In this document: piece after piece, positions 9,780 to 19,741 of the stretch
Layout of the letters: each line of letters starts with the position of its first letter
Position numbering within the stretch: the first letter of the stretch is position 1
DNA from: Candidatus Latescibacterota bacterium
GTDB taxonomy: Bacteria > Latescibacterota > UBA2968 > GCA-2709665
Assembly (NCBI GenBank): GCA_965219455.1
Contig: OZ244744.1
Coordinates: 960,001 to 1,024,000, forward strand
Direction of reading: 5' to 3'
Length of the DNA stretch: 64,000 nt
The notes under the pieces: generated by a model
Database searches by the model: none
Told to the model about the DNA's origin: nothing
Seen by the model: only the letters and a program-made list of their open reading frames with translations
Made by a program: the position numbers and the translations under genes

Positions 9780-9932
9780 AAAAATATAAAAAACAAGTAG
9801 AAGTGAGGAAAATAACCTGACAGTCCCGGAGAATGACCCATCATTCACCTTTCCCAAGTTTCGCCATGCCTCCGGCGGATCACGCAAAAAAAGTATCATC
9901 CTATGTGCCCTTACATCTGATTGTACCCAGTG

Positions 9933-9968
9933 TTGATATCTTGTATAAGAAGTTGTATATTAATACAA
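9933..9968 (+). promoter_or_regulatory. Sigma70-like promoter with overlapping operator palindrome for the TA operon
   Basis: TTGATA (9933-9938), 17-bp spacer, TATATT (9956-9961). Inverted repeat TTGTAT-N4-ATACAA at 9953-9968 overlaps the -10 box; another TTGTAT lies at 9941. Confidence 0.65.
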
Positions 9969-9996
9969 TAATTGGACACCTTTTCAGGAGGCGAAT

Positions 9997-10311
9997 ATGG
10001 CAAATGACAGGACGTTGCACATCAAGATCGACAGCGAGACGGACCTGAAGCTGAGAAGACTGTCGGACATCCGTCGAAAAAGCAAGGGACAGCTCGTGCG
10101 GGAAGCAATTTCCGCCTGTTACCAGGTTGAATTCGCCGAGTTGCCGCTTCGCCAGAGCCAGGCGCTTGCCGCCTACCAGGGTGGGTTTATCAGCCTTGGA
10201 AAGCTGGCCAGGGAGATGGGAATGCACGTCTTGCATCTGAGGTCGTGGCTCGTAGAGCAGGGCATCCCCCAGCGCAACGTGTACGGCGACGAGGATGCCG
10301 CGCGTGCCTGA
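9997..10311 (+). CDS. Antitoxin: ribbon-helix-helix N-terminus fused to a UPF0175-like domain
   Basis: RTLHIKID..KSKGQLVREAI then AYQGGFISLGKLAREMG; AGGAGG RBS; overlaps the PIN gene. Confidence 0.78.
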   Translation: MANDRTLHIKIDSETDLKLRRLSDIRRKSKGQLVREAISACYQVEFAELPLRQSQALAAYQGGFISLGKLAREMGMHVLHLRSWLVEQGIPQRNVYGDEDAARA

Positions 10312-10945
10312 ACCTGACCGACAATACTATTTCGATACGGTTACCCTGAGCAATTTCGTCCTTTCCGGCCGCCTGAACCTGCTCATTGCCCGTTACGGTC
10401 GACGGGCATATATCACGCCGCAGGTGCTGGACGAGGTCGCCGATGGCATTGTCGCCGGCTACGCCGGCTTGCGTGAGGTCGAAACCGCTGTCACGTGCGG
10501 GAGATTAAGCGGTGTCGAACGCTTCTCTCCGGAAGAGCGCGATACCTACCGGGAACTCTTGCAGACCCTCTCCCCCGGCGAAGCCTCGTGCATAACCCTC
10601 GCGCAAACCCGCGGTGGTATCGTTGCCACGGACGACAGGGCCGCCAGGGGTTGTTGTTTCGATAGAGGTGTCGTTTTTACGGGAACTGTCGGAATCCTGA
10701 AGGCCTGTGTGCTGGATGGCACTTTGTCGCCACGGGAGGCGGACGACGTCCTGCGAGCGATGACGGCTGCCGGATATCACTCACCTGTCGGGCGCATCAG
10801 CGCACTCGTCCTGACTGCGAACCGAAGCCGCGGCGGACCGACGGTTAAGAACGGCGACGATCCCGGTAACCAGCAGGGCGGATCCCTGAATCCAGACCCG
10901 CATATTTCCGGAAGGCGTGAGAAAGAGGACGAGAGCCGCAACTAA
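10295..10945 (+). CDS. PIN-domain toxin (VapC/DUF3368-like) with a probable read-through C-terminal tail
   Basis: YFDTVTLSNF, LSPGEASCI, VATDDRAAR, GTVGIL. The last about 45 aa overlap the convergent TRAP permease gene. Confidence 0.8.
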   Translation: MPRVPEPDRQYYFDTVTLSNFVLSGRLNLLIARYGRRAYITPQVLDEVADGIVAGYAGLREVETAVTCGRLSGVERFSPEERDTYRELLQTLSPGEASCITLAQTRGGIVATDDRAARGCCFDRGVVFTGTVGILKACVLDGTLSPREADDVLRAMTAAGYHSPVGRISALVLTANRSRGGPTVKNGDDPGNQQGGSLNPDPHISGRREKEDESRN

Positions 10946-12712
10946 CAGGGCAACCCGCTGCCACGCATTGAGCGGAGCGAAGCCATGGCCGGCGATGGAG
11001 GCCGCCAGGGGAAAAATCCCCAGAAAGACAACGAGAACATTGATCAACGTGGACGACAGATCGGGCGAAACCAGAAGCAACTCGGGATGCAGAACAAAAG
11101 CATAGGGAAGGGCAAAGCCCACAAGGGCGAAACGAAATGCCGCGACGCCCGTACGCATGATATCCGCCTTTGCAATTGCGGCGGCCGTGTAGGCGGCCAG
11201 CGCCACGGGAGGCGTCACCATCGACATCATTCCGAAATAGAAGATGAACATATGCGCCGCCAGGGGCGTAACGCCCAACTCGCCCAGAACCGGGCCGACA
11301 AGGGTGGCCATCAGGAGATAGCATACCGCCGAAGGCAGGCCCATCCCAAGGGTGATGGTGGAGACCATCAGCAGAACCAGCGCCAGGACCAGATTGTTCT
11401 GCGACAGGGATAAAATGGCGCCCGGAAGCTTCGTGCCGATACCGGTAAGCGTCACCACCCCGATAATAATTCCCACACAGGAAGCGGCCGCGATCAGGGA
11501 CACACCGCCGTGAGCCGCGCTTTCCACGGCATCCAACAGCGCGCGAGGCCCCACGCGAGTCGTCCGGTACAACGCGGCCGCCAGGAGCATGCAGACCAGA
11601 GCGACGCTGACCGCCCGAAACGGCGTATAACCGATAACGATCAGCAGGATCAGGCTCACAAGAGCCGCCAGGAAGACAAGGCCCTGAGCGCCCGGCGGAC
11701 GACTCGCGGGTGCATCATCCCCAGCGGCCACCCGGATGCGCTTTGCGTAGAAGTGGACGATCAGCAGAAGCGCGGTATAGTAAAAAATGGCCGGGATGAG
11801 CGCCGCTCTGATAATCTCCAGATAGGAAACCGCCGGCTCCACCATCTCCAGCATCATATAAGCGCCGGCGCCCATTATCGGAGGCACCAGCGCCCCGCCC
11901 GAACTGGCCGCCGCCTCAATCCCCCCTGCAACCACAGGCCGGAATCCGGCCGAACGCATCATCGGGATCGTAAACGTACCCGTCGTGGCCGTGTTCGCGA
12001 CCGCACTTCCGGAAAGCGAACCCATCATCCCTGAAGAAACAACGGCAACCTTCGCGGATCCGCCCGTGCGCTGTCGAAAAAACCGGCGCGCGGCATCCAG
12101 CACGTACGCGGTCGCGCCGGTCTTATCCAGCGTCGCGCCGAACAGAACGAAGAGAAACACGTATGTGAACATCACTTTCAACGCGATGCCGAATATGCCC
12201 TGTGAATGCAGAAAGGTCTGAGAGACGATACGCTCCCAGCCATATCCCCTGTGAGGGAAAAGCCAGTCCGGCATCGCGTGGCCGAAGGCGGCGTAGGCGA
12301 GGAACGCCAGGGAGAGCAGCGGCAGGGTGACGCCGATCGCCCGGCGGGTCGCTTCGAGCACGAGAATGAGGCCGACCAGCCCGACTGTCCAATCCAGCGG
12401 ATGTTCCAGCCCCGCGCGGTTACCCAGGCTGCGGCCACCCAACCAATAGTTCCTGAAGACCGGTTCAGTCTGAACCAGCACATAGCCGAAACAAAAGAAA
12501 ACAGCCGCAACGAGGAAAAAATACAGAGTCCCTGGAGATTTCCCACCCGCGGCGCCAGGACGCACCGGGTGCTTGAGAAAAACAAGACTCAAGCCCAACA
12601 TGGAAAAAACCGCCAGTTGGGCTTGAGGCGTCAATCCTGGATAGTTGACCTCAGCCAGGACAAAAAGACTCAGCAGGGTCGCCAGGATACGAAAAAGCCA
12701 TGACTCGAGCAT
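10781..12712 (-). CDS. TRAP transporter fused 4TM/12TM permease (TAXI type)
   Basis: SGSAVAN, EAAASSGG..PPIMGAGA, LGMGLP, TPPVALAAY. Confidence 0.92.
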   Translation of the reverse strand: MLESWLFRILATLLSLFVLAEVNYPGLTPQAQLAVFSMLGLSLVFLKHPVRPGAAGGKSPGTLYFFLVAAVFFCFGYVLVQTEPVFRNYWLGGRSLGNRAGLEHPLDWTVGLVGLILVLEATRRAIGVTLPLLSLAFLAYAAFGHAMPDWLFPHRGYGWERIVSQTFLHSQGIFGIALKVMFTYVFLFVLFGATLDKTGATAYVLDAARRFFRQRTGGSAKVAVVSSGMMGSLSGSAVANTATTGTFTIPMMRSAGFRPVVAGGIEAAASSGGALVPPIMGAGAYMMLEMVEPAVSYLEIIRAALIPAIFYYTALLLIVHFYAKRIRVAAGDDAPASRPPGAQGLVFLAALVSLILLIVIGYTPFRAVSVALVCMLLAAALYRTTRVGPRALLDAVESAAHGGVSLIAAASCVGIIIGVVTLTGIGTKLPGAILSLSQNNLVLALVLLMVSTITLGMGLPSAVCYLLMATLVGPVLGELGVTPLAAHMFIFYFGMMSMVTPPVALAAYTAAAIAKADIMRTGVAAFRFALVGFALPYAFVLHPELLLVSPDLSSTLINVLVVFLGIFPLAASIAGHGFAPLNAWQRVALLVAALVLFLTPSGNMRVWIQGSALLVTGIVAVLNRRSAAASVRSQDECADAPDR

Positions 12713-12713
12713 A

Positions 12714-13712
12714 TCAGTTGGGCCAGATCCCGATTTCCCTGTAATACCTGATCGCACCGGGATGGAAGGGTGTGCCCGTATCCCGAATCACATTCCCCGG
12801 ATGGATGGCTTTGCCTGCCGGATGCTTCCTGACCACGTCCGCACGGTTCTCGTAAAGGATCCTGGTAAACCGGTAGACGGTCTCTTCGTCCAGGCTGGCA
12901 CGCGTCACCAGGTGCATCGAACCGACGTTCATACCTTCGAAGGGTTCGGTCTGACCACGATAGGTGTCCGCCGGAATATTCGCCGCGTTGAAGAAAGGAT
13001 AGGCCTGAAACAGGCGCTCTTTCTCAGAGGCTCCGAAGGGGATGAAACGGACGTCCTGAGAAGCGCTCGCCTGGGTTATGGACGCCGTGGGCACGGCGCC
13101 GCCCAGAAAGGCGGCGGCGGCAGATCCGTCCGCAAGCATGTCCACGGCCCCCGCCTGTGTATTGTGCAGCGGGCTGAAATCGTCATAGGTGACTCCGTGG
13201 GCCTCCAGGATAGGCGCAAGAAAGTACTCGAATCCGGCGCCGGCCGGACCAACGACAACCCGTTTGCCCTTGAGACCGCGGATGGCGCGGATCCCCGTTC
13301 CTTCCGGCGTCACGAAAAGGGCGACGTTCGGCGCAAGCGTCATGACGGCGTTGATCCCCTGCTCCTCACCCCAGGCTCCCGCGCCTCGTACCGCAAAATA
13401 TGAAATCGCGGCATTGGCCAGCGCGAAATCCAGTTCCCCGCGGACGAGCCGGCGGATATTTTCCTGCGTTCCCTTGGTCGCCTCCGCGGTCACGTCCCAG
13501 GACAGGTCGCCCCCGTGGTCGTCCGCGACCTGAGCGATCGCCCCGCCGACCACAAAAAAAGCGCCCCCGGGCGGAGCCGTACCCACGCTGAGGAACCGGC
13601 GCACGGGGTCGGAGGTTTTCCCGTCTTTGTCCGGGGCCTCACATCCGAACGCGCCCAGCAGGATAACGATGGTGGCGCCAACGACCCGTTTCATGCCCGC
13701 TAGCCGGTTCAT
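12714..13712 (-). CDS. TAXI-family TRAP solute-binding lipoprotein
   Basis: Lipobox AFGC, GTAPPGGAFF, ATKGTQEN, PFHPGAIRYYRE. Confidence 0.9.
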   Translation of the reverse strand: MNRLAGMKRVVGATIVILLGAFGCEAPDKDGKTSDPVRRFLSVGTAPPGGAFFVVGGAIAQVADDHGGDLSWDVTAEATKGTQENIRRLVRGELDFALANAAISYFAVRGAGAWGEEQGINAVMTLAPNVALFVTPEGTGIRAIRGLKGKRVVVGPAGAGFEYFLAPILEAHGVTYDDFSPLHNTQAGAVDMLADGSAAAAFLGGAVPTASITQASASQDVRFIPFGASEKERLFQAYPFFNAANIPADTYRGQTEPFEGMNVGSMHLVTRASLDEETVYRFTRILYENRADVVRKHPAGKAIHPGNVIRDTGTPFHPGAIRYYREIGIWPN

Positions 13713-13749
13713 CGAAACTCCTCTCTCCGTTTGGTTCCGGGTTCCTGTT

Positions 13750-15051
13750 CTATCGATCCGTACGGTCTTCCGCAATACAATAGAGGTGGCTGCGTCCTCT
13801 CAGATAGATCGCGTCGTCCACGACGACAGGGGAAGCCGCCATCCCTTCGTCCAGGGTGTTGATCGCCAGCGTCTCGAATTCCGGACTGTTCCTCACCACC
13901 AGCGTCTTGCCGTCCAGGTCGGCGATATAGATTCGATGTTTCACGCCGATCGGCGACGCGTAGATGTTGCCTATCCCTTCGAGGCGCTTTGGACCGAAAA
14001 ACGCTTCGCCCGTTTTGGCGTTGTAACACGACAAAATCGCTCGTCGATTCTTAAGAAAATAAAGCTTGTCTCCATACAACAACGGTGACGACACGTAGGG
14101 CGTATCCCGATGAATCGTCCAGAGCACCGAATCCGACGCCGAAATATCCCCCTTCGCGCGATCCAGCGATATGGCCTGCATCGCCGGGCTCCCGTGACCG
14201 CTGGTCACATAGACCACGCCATCTGCGTGCACCGGGGTCGGAATCACATTCGTCCCCAACCCGCCACATTCCCAGATCAGCGCCCCGGTCTCCAGGTCGT
14301 AGCTCCGGGTGCGCCTCGACGCGCTCACGATGACCTGTCGTTTGCCGTCGTGTTCCACCGGCAGCGGCGACGACCAGGACGTGACCTCGTCGCGCTCGTT
14401 CCGCCAGAGTTCCCTGCCCGTTTTCTTGTCCAGGGCCACGATGAACGAATCCCCTTCGTGATCCCAGTTGATCACCAGGGTATTGTCGTAGATCGCCGGC
14501 GAAGCGCCCTCGCCAAAGGCGCTCCGGCTCCAGTACTTGCCCAGGTCTTTCTCCCATTTCAAATTGCCGTTCATATCCAGACAGTACAGGCCCTGTGAAC
14601 CAAAATAGGCGTATAGATGTTCGCCATCGGTGATGCCGGAACACGAAGCGAACGAAGCCGTCCGGTGCATTCCTTCGTGGGGGTGCGCTTCACGGACCGT
14701 CTTTTCCCACACCGGTTTTCCACTCCGGCGGTCCAGCGCCAGCACCTTGTACTGAAACAGATTCGTTGGCGCCGCGCGCCCGCCGCCGCCGCCGCTCCCC
14801 GCGACTTTGTCCGTCGGCACGGCAGTCTGCACAAAAATCCGATCCCCCCAGACAATCGGGGTCGCGTGACCCAGACCGGGGATTGGCACTTTCCATCTTA
14901 TGTTCTTTTCCTCGCTCCACTCCAGGGGCGGATTTCCGCCATCGACCAGCCCATTCCCGTTCGGACCACGCCAATGCGGCCAATTTGACGCCGCCTGTTC
15001 GGTAACGAACAAAAGAAACAACACGGCTGACGCCCGGAATATCGTCTTCAT
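13750..15051 (-). CDS. Secreted PQQ-binding-like beta-propeller protein
   Basis: Signal peptide, NWPHWRGP, repeated (S/T)P motifs and LDxxTGxxxW Trp-docking repeats. Confidence 0.88.
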   Translation of the reverse strand: MKTIFRASAVLFLLFVTEQAASNWPHWRGPNGNGLVDGGNPPLEWSEEKNIRWKVPIPGLGHATPIVWGDRIFVQTAVPTDKVAGSGGGGGRAAPTNLFQYKVLALDRRSGKPVWEKTVREAHPHEGMHRTASFASCSGITDGEHLYAYFGSQGLYCLDMNGNLKWEKDLGKYWSRSAFGEGASPAIYDNTLVINWDHEGDSFIVALDKKTGRELWRNERDEVTSWSSPLPVEHDGKRQVIVSASRRTRSYDLETGALIWECGGLGTNVIPTPVHADGVVYVTSGHGSPAMQAISLDRAKGDISASDSVLWTIHRDTPYVSSPLLYGDKLYFLKNRRAILSCYNAKTGEAFFGPKRLEGIGNIYASPIGVKHRIYIADLDGKTLVVRNSPEFETLAINTLDEGMAASPVVVDDAIYLRGRSHLYCIAEDRTDR

Positions 15052-15167
15052 TCTGTGCTCCTTTCACCAGGAGTTGACGGCGTTGGCTGGATCACCGAAT
15101 CTTCGATCAAATATACGCCGCAACCGTCCGCAATCGAAATCCAATTCTCATCGAGCCTTTGCGGAAT

Positions 15168-18100
15168 TCAGGCGCCTTCCCGCTTCAAAGCGGGCAACAG
15201 CGGCGTCCTGAGCGCAACAAATATACCCACGGCGCCGGCAGCCAGGCCCGCACCGAAAATTGTGCAGAGGGTCGCCAGCAGAGAACCCCATGGCAGTTCG
15301 CCGACCGTTGAATGGGGCACGGTGGTAACAACCGCGGACACGCCGCCGATGACCATGCCCGCCGACATCAGAAATCCGTTCTCCGTAAAGAGGAGCCCGG
15401 AAAGCAATGACCTGCGAAACCCCATTGTCCGCAGCGCCGCGAGTTCAGCCCGGCGTTCCACGACGTTTCGCACCATCACGATCCCCAGACCGAACGTGCC
15501 CAGGAGCACTCCCAGCCCGCCAAGCGTCTGAAACGTGGACAGGTACGTATTCTCCACCGTCCGGAAACGGGCGAGCCTGGCCGACGTCGGCATCGCGTCG
15601 AGACCGGCGTCCTGCAGCCTCCGCTCCAGCAGGGGCCCCAGTTCCCGGGGCCGGTCGGTCTCTACCAGGAAATAGCCATACCCGCTCCGATCGGGGAAAT
15701 GTGCGGTAAAATTTCGCTCCGATACCAGCAATTCACTCTGAAAAATACTATTCTTCAGCAGTCCCACGAGCCGCAGCCTCACGATCTCACCCGTATCCGT
15801 TCGCATCGGGATTTCGTCGCCAAGTTTTTTGTGCAGGATCCAGGTCACTGAGTTTTCGTCTCCGAATGCGGGAATCACGTCCGACTCCAGGCGCCGCGTC
15901 AATAAAGTCCACGGATCTTCCACTTCATCCAGCAACCGTTCAAACAGGAATCCGCCCCGTTGAATCATTGCTTCCGGCACACCCAGAACCCGGGGATCGC
16001 GGGGCCGGTAAAGATTCAGACAACTCATGTCTTCTCCCGGCAATACACGGAAAGGCATCACCCTCGCCCGGTCCAGAATATCCGCATCCTCCCCGGAAAA
16101 CCCAAGCTCAAACCGGCCGTCTTCCGTATTGAGATCGTGATAGAGCGGCGCATCCGTCTCGGCAACAAGCTGAAACCCTCCTCCTCCCGACGTCCGGCTG
16201 CTCAACGCATCCTCTGAGAGATCGGTGCGGCGATGGGCGCCAACCGCCACAACCACAAAGCAGGCGCACGCGATCAATGATGCGCACAGCAGACTCCGCC
16301 CCGGATTTCGTGCGCTATTCCGCACGCCCATTCTCCAGATTCCCCTTGCCGTCGCGTGTCGCCTGCCGCGAAACCACGTGGAAAGCAGGCCCAGACCCGA
16401 AATCAGCAGAAACGCACCGCTTCCGAAAAACAGCGCCATCGACGCCTCGCGGCCCCCGCTGGCCGCGCCGGCGAGGCAGGCAGCGGCCAATCCCAGGCTT
16501 CCGAGGGCATATGCCCGTACCCGTCGCCCACCATCGGCGGACGCCACGTAAACGGTCCCCGACAGGAGCGCGCGTACGGGCAAGCGTCCCAATCGGCGGA
16601 CCGTCATTCGTATAGATAACAGAACCACAAGCTGTGAAACCACATAACCCGCCGCCAGACTGAACCCGCTCACATGCAAGGCGAGTTCCGTGGTTCCAAC
16701 AGCCGGGACCCACCAGGTGCGCAACCCGGCGATCATGATCCAACCGTACGCCAATCCTCCAGCAAGCCCCCCCAGGCCCCCAAGACCGGCCAGCCAGATC
16801 GCCTCACCCATAAAACGCCTTCTGATCGCCCCTGCGGTGAAACCCGACGCCATCAACACACCCACCTCGTCGGACCGCTGTTCCACGCCCAGCCGGAAGA
16901 GCAGACCCACAAGCAACGCCGCCGAAACAATCAGAAAAAGACTGAATCCACTGAACAGCCATCTGAAATCCGTCGAGCCCGAAGCAGCGGCCAGCCCATG
17001 TTCCCTCACCGGCTGAAATACCAGCCCCGCTGCTTCGGGCGAGAGCGCTTTGCGAAGCCCGGCCCGAAATCGTTCGGCGGAACGACGGATATCTTCTCCG
17101 GGCAGGGGGCCAATCCGGATGGACGTGAGATTACCGAATCGGCTCCGCCACAGACGTTGACCCGTCGCAGCCGACACGATGGCTTTGGGCGCGGCGCGGT
17201 AGGCGTCCCAATAGGCTTCGTCTACGGGCCGTATTCGCTTCAGATCCACCGGGAAGGGCGGGGCCCAGGCATGCATATCCTCCGCGTCGTGCAGGCCCGG
17301 AAATTCGGGAGTCAACAGGGAATCGGCGCCCAATCCTTCCATGGCAACGACGCCGGCAAGCCTGAATGTGACGCGCCGCGTTTTCAACGCTTCCTTCGGC
17401 CCGACTTCAAAATAAACCACGTCCACGGCGTCGCCGGTAACGGCGTGCAGGTCCTTCGCCGCCCAGGTATTCAGCAATACTTCCCCCTCGCCGGGAACCG
17501 GCGCTCCGCTCCCGTTTGCCAGTCGCAAATTCCCGACACGCCCCGCGTCCATCGCGGCAACTGTCGAATAGGGCAATGCGCGCTCCCCTACCTGGATCGT
17601 ATTGGCCAGATAGGTCAGTATCGCCAGTCTCGGCATCCTCCAACCGTCCGCCAGGCCCAGGATCGTATCCGCCAGGTGGGGTTTCAGGAAAAACTGTGTG
17701 CTTTCAACGGCGAAATAATCGGCTTCCACCCGCATCGAAAGCCCCAGATCATCCAACGTTGCGGCCCGGGAGAGCCCCGCCCCCGGACCGCCGGCATCCT
17801 GCGTCCCCTTGGAAGCCAGGAGCGTATTCACACGGGACGGCAACCCCAGCGTTTCCTGCAGTACGGGCAGCGACACAAACGCATTGAGCGGCACATCCTG
17901 TCGTGCGCGCAAACCGAAACGACCCATTCCCCGGTCGGGCAACACACCCGTGAGTCGCACACGTACGGTCTGTATCGATTCTGAAACCTCGTCCCGCCCG
18001 AACAGCGATTCCCGGTGGACGTCACCGGGCAGCTCAAATGAAAGCAGGATCGCATCGCCCACGCGCGCGTTCAGTTCTCTCCTCAGGGACTCATTGGCGA

Positions 18101-18488
18101 CAAATGGCGTCGCGGTCGCGCGACGGGCGAGGTCGGGCATTTCCATTTCGAACCAATTTTCGAATCGGGAATCGACACCCAGAATCCTCACGCGCGAGGC
18201 CCGGGCCCCCCCGTTCGCATGCACCGCCGATCCCGTGAGGGTCACCGCCGGCACAACGGTGAATTCGTTCCCCGCCGCCTCAATATCCCGTGCAAGACCC
18301 GCACGAAAGAAGCGTTCCGAAACGAGCGCATGGTCGATTTCGCCCAGCCGGTCCAGGGTCAGGTCCCGCAGGCTGTCGCGAACCGAATCGCCCACCAGCA
18401 GGGCCCCGGTCAGCACGGCGGTGGCCACGGCCACTCCGAGCATCACGGACAGATGAATTCGCCGGAAGAAGGTCAGACTTCGACGCAA
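15168..18488 (-). CDS. Large FtsX/LolE-type ABC transporter permease (duplicated halves)
   Basis: 1106 aa with two FtsX-like C-terminal motifs (EQRSDEVGVLMASGF; ERRAELAALRTMGF). Confidence 0.88.
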   Translation of the reverse strand: MRRSLTFFRRIHLSVMLGVAVATAVLTGALLVGDSVRDSLRDLTLDRLGEIDHALVSERFFRAGLARDIEAAGNEFTVVPAVTLTGSAVHANGGARASRVRILGVDSRFENWFEMEMPDLARRATATPFVANESLRRELNARVGDAILLSFELPGDVHRESLFGRDEVSESIQTVRVRLTGVLPDRGMGRFGLRARQDVPLNAFVSLPVLQETLGLPSRVNTLLASKGTQDAGGPGAGLSRAATLDDLGLSMRVEADYFAVESTQFFLKPHLADTILGLADGWRMPRLAILTYLANTIQVGERALPYSTVAAMDAGRVGNLRLANGSGAPVPGEGEVLLNTWAAKDLHAVTGDAVDVVYFEVGPKEALKTRRVTFRLAGVVAMEGLGADSLLTPEFPGLHDAEDMHAWAPPFPVDLKRIRPVDEAYWDAYRAAPKAIVSAATGQRLWRSRFGNLTSIRIGPLPGEDIRRSAERFRAGLRKALSPEAAGLVFQPVREHGLAAASGSTDFRWLFSGFSLFLIVSAALLVGLLFRLGVEQRSDEVGVLMASGFTAGAIRRRFMGEAIWLAGLGGLGGLAGGLAYGWIMIAGLRTWWVPAVGTTELALHVSGFSLAAGYVVSQLVVLLSIRMTVRRLGRLPVRALLSGTVYVASADGGRRVRAYALGSLGLAAACLAGAASGGREASMALFFGSGAFLLISGLGLLSTWFRGRRHATARGIWRMGVRNSARNPGRSLLCASLIACACFVVVAVGAHRRTDLSEDALSSRTSGGGGFQLVAETDAPLYHDLNTEDGRFELGFSGEDADILDRARVMPFRVLPGEDMSCLNLYRPRDPRVLGVPEAMIQRGGFLFERLLDEVEDPWTLLTRRLESDVIPAFGDENSVTWILHKKLGDEIPMRTDTGEIVRLRLVGLLKNSIFQSELLVSERNFTAHFPDRSGYGYFLVETDRPRELGPLLERRLQDAGLDAMPTSARLARFRTVENTYLSTFQTLGGLGVLLGTFGLGIVMVRNVVERRAELAALRTMGFRRSLLSGLLFTENGFLMSAGMVIGGVSAVVTTVPHSTVGELPWGSLLATLCTIFGAGLAAGAVGIFVALRTPLLPALKREGA

Positions 18489-19132
18489 GTTCCCTCCCGC
18501 AATTCAAGCCGGCGCTCAAACCGTGCGGCCATCTCCAGACTGTGCGTGACCCCGATCAGGATCGTTTGCTCCTGAGTATGCAATTCGAAGAGCAGGTCGC
18601 CGACTTCATCGGCCCGCGCCCGATCCAGGCTGCCCGTCGGCTCGTCGCAAAGAAGCAGCGACGGCCGGTTGACCAGTGCTCTGGCTACCGCCACACGCTG
18701 GCGTTCGCCGCCCGACAGGGCTGCCGGTCGGTGATTGATCCGATGCGCAAGCCCGACACGTTCGATCAGGGCCCGCGCCCGATCGGGGGCATCTCTCCCA
18801 CCATCCCGGAACGCCAGCGTCGGAATCAGCACGTTCTCCATTACCGAATACTGGGGCAGCAGATGATGGTCCTGGAACACGAATCCGATCCCGCGATTCC
18901 GGAAGCGCGCCAGGTCCTTCTCCTCAAGGGTGTACGGGTCCCGGCCATCTATTTCCACGCGCCCCGACGACGGTTGGTCCAGCGTGCCAAGCACGTGCAG
19001 CAACGTACTCTTGCCCGATCCCGAGGGCCCGACAATTGCCGCGGACTGGCCCCGCGCCATCTCGAACGAGACGTCCCGGAGAACGGACACGTCCCCATAG
19101 TGTCTGGATACCCGCTCAGCCCTCAGCGTCAT
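18473..19132 (-). CDS. LolD-like ABC transporter ATP-binding protein
   Basis: GPSGSGKS, LSGGERQRVAVARAL, CDEPTGSLD, VTH. Confidence 0.95.
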   Translation of the reverse strand: MTLRAERVSRHYGDVSVLRDVSFEMARGQSAAIVGPSGSGKSTLLHVLGTLDQPSSGRVEIDGRDPYTLEEKDLARFRNRGIGFVFQDHHLLPQYSVMENVLIPTLAFRDGGRDAPDRARALIERVGLAHRINHRPAALSGGERQRVAVARALVNRPSLLLCDEPTGSLDRARADEVGDLLFELHTQEQTILIGVTHSLEMAARFERRLELREGTCVEV

Positions 19133-19556
19133 CCTCACCCTCCTCCGATTCCTGGATCTGATCCGCGATAAAATCGGGAATCGGTATGGAACGGAACGGC
19201 TCCCCCGGGGGACACAGGCAGAACACCGTGCTCAATCGGCCGTGGGCAATCAGAACGCCGTCCCGGAGAAACTCGAATCCGTACGTGATCGAACTCGTCC
19301 CCTTTCTGATTACCGTCATCCTGATATCGAGCACGTCTTCGAATCGGGCGGGATTCACGTAATCGCACGACGCGCCCACCCGGGGCCACCCGACTTTCCG
19401 CCCTTGCAGGACGGCCGTCACGCTGGTACCGAGCGAACGCAGAAACGCGTGCTCGGCCGCCTCCATAAAAACAAAAAACCGGGAAAAATGCACAATCCCG
19501 GCCATATCCGTATCCGAAAACTCTATTCTGCGCGTGGTGTGGAAGTCACATGGCAT
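19116..19556 (-). CDS. Hotdog-fold acyl-CoA thioesterase (YbgC/4HBT-like)
   Basis: RIEFSDTDMAGIVHF, PARFEDVL. Start moved to MPCDF with GGAGAGG RBS. Confidence 0.88.
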   Translation of the reverse strand: MPCDFHTTRRIEFSDTDMAGIVHFSRFFVFMEAAEHAFLRSLGTSVTAVLQGRKVGWPRVGASCDYVNPARFEDVLDIRMTVIRKGTSSITYGFEFLRDGVLIAHGRLSTVFCLCPPGEPFRSIPIPDFIADQIQESEEGEDDAEG

Positions 19557-19661
19557 ATCGTTTCCTCTCCGGGATTCTACCGCCCTGCCGGCGGGAAGTA
19601 GTCGGGCGAAGAGGTAACGCCCTTCGCGGTCGTCCACATATTGGAGCTCACGTCGCGCGAT

Positions 19662-19715
19662 ACGGTTTTCGCCTTTTGCTTTTGGCTGACAGCTGAAGGC
19701 TGATAGCTGATAGCT
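19662..19715. repeat. Heptamer CTGANAG repeat element
   Basis: ggttttcgccttttg..ctgacagctgaaggctgatagctgatagct; its reverse complement resembles 9055-9100. Confidence 0.65.
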
Positions 19716-19741
19716 CCTCCGGCTACACGAACTGCCAGCCA

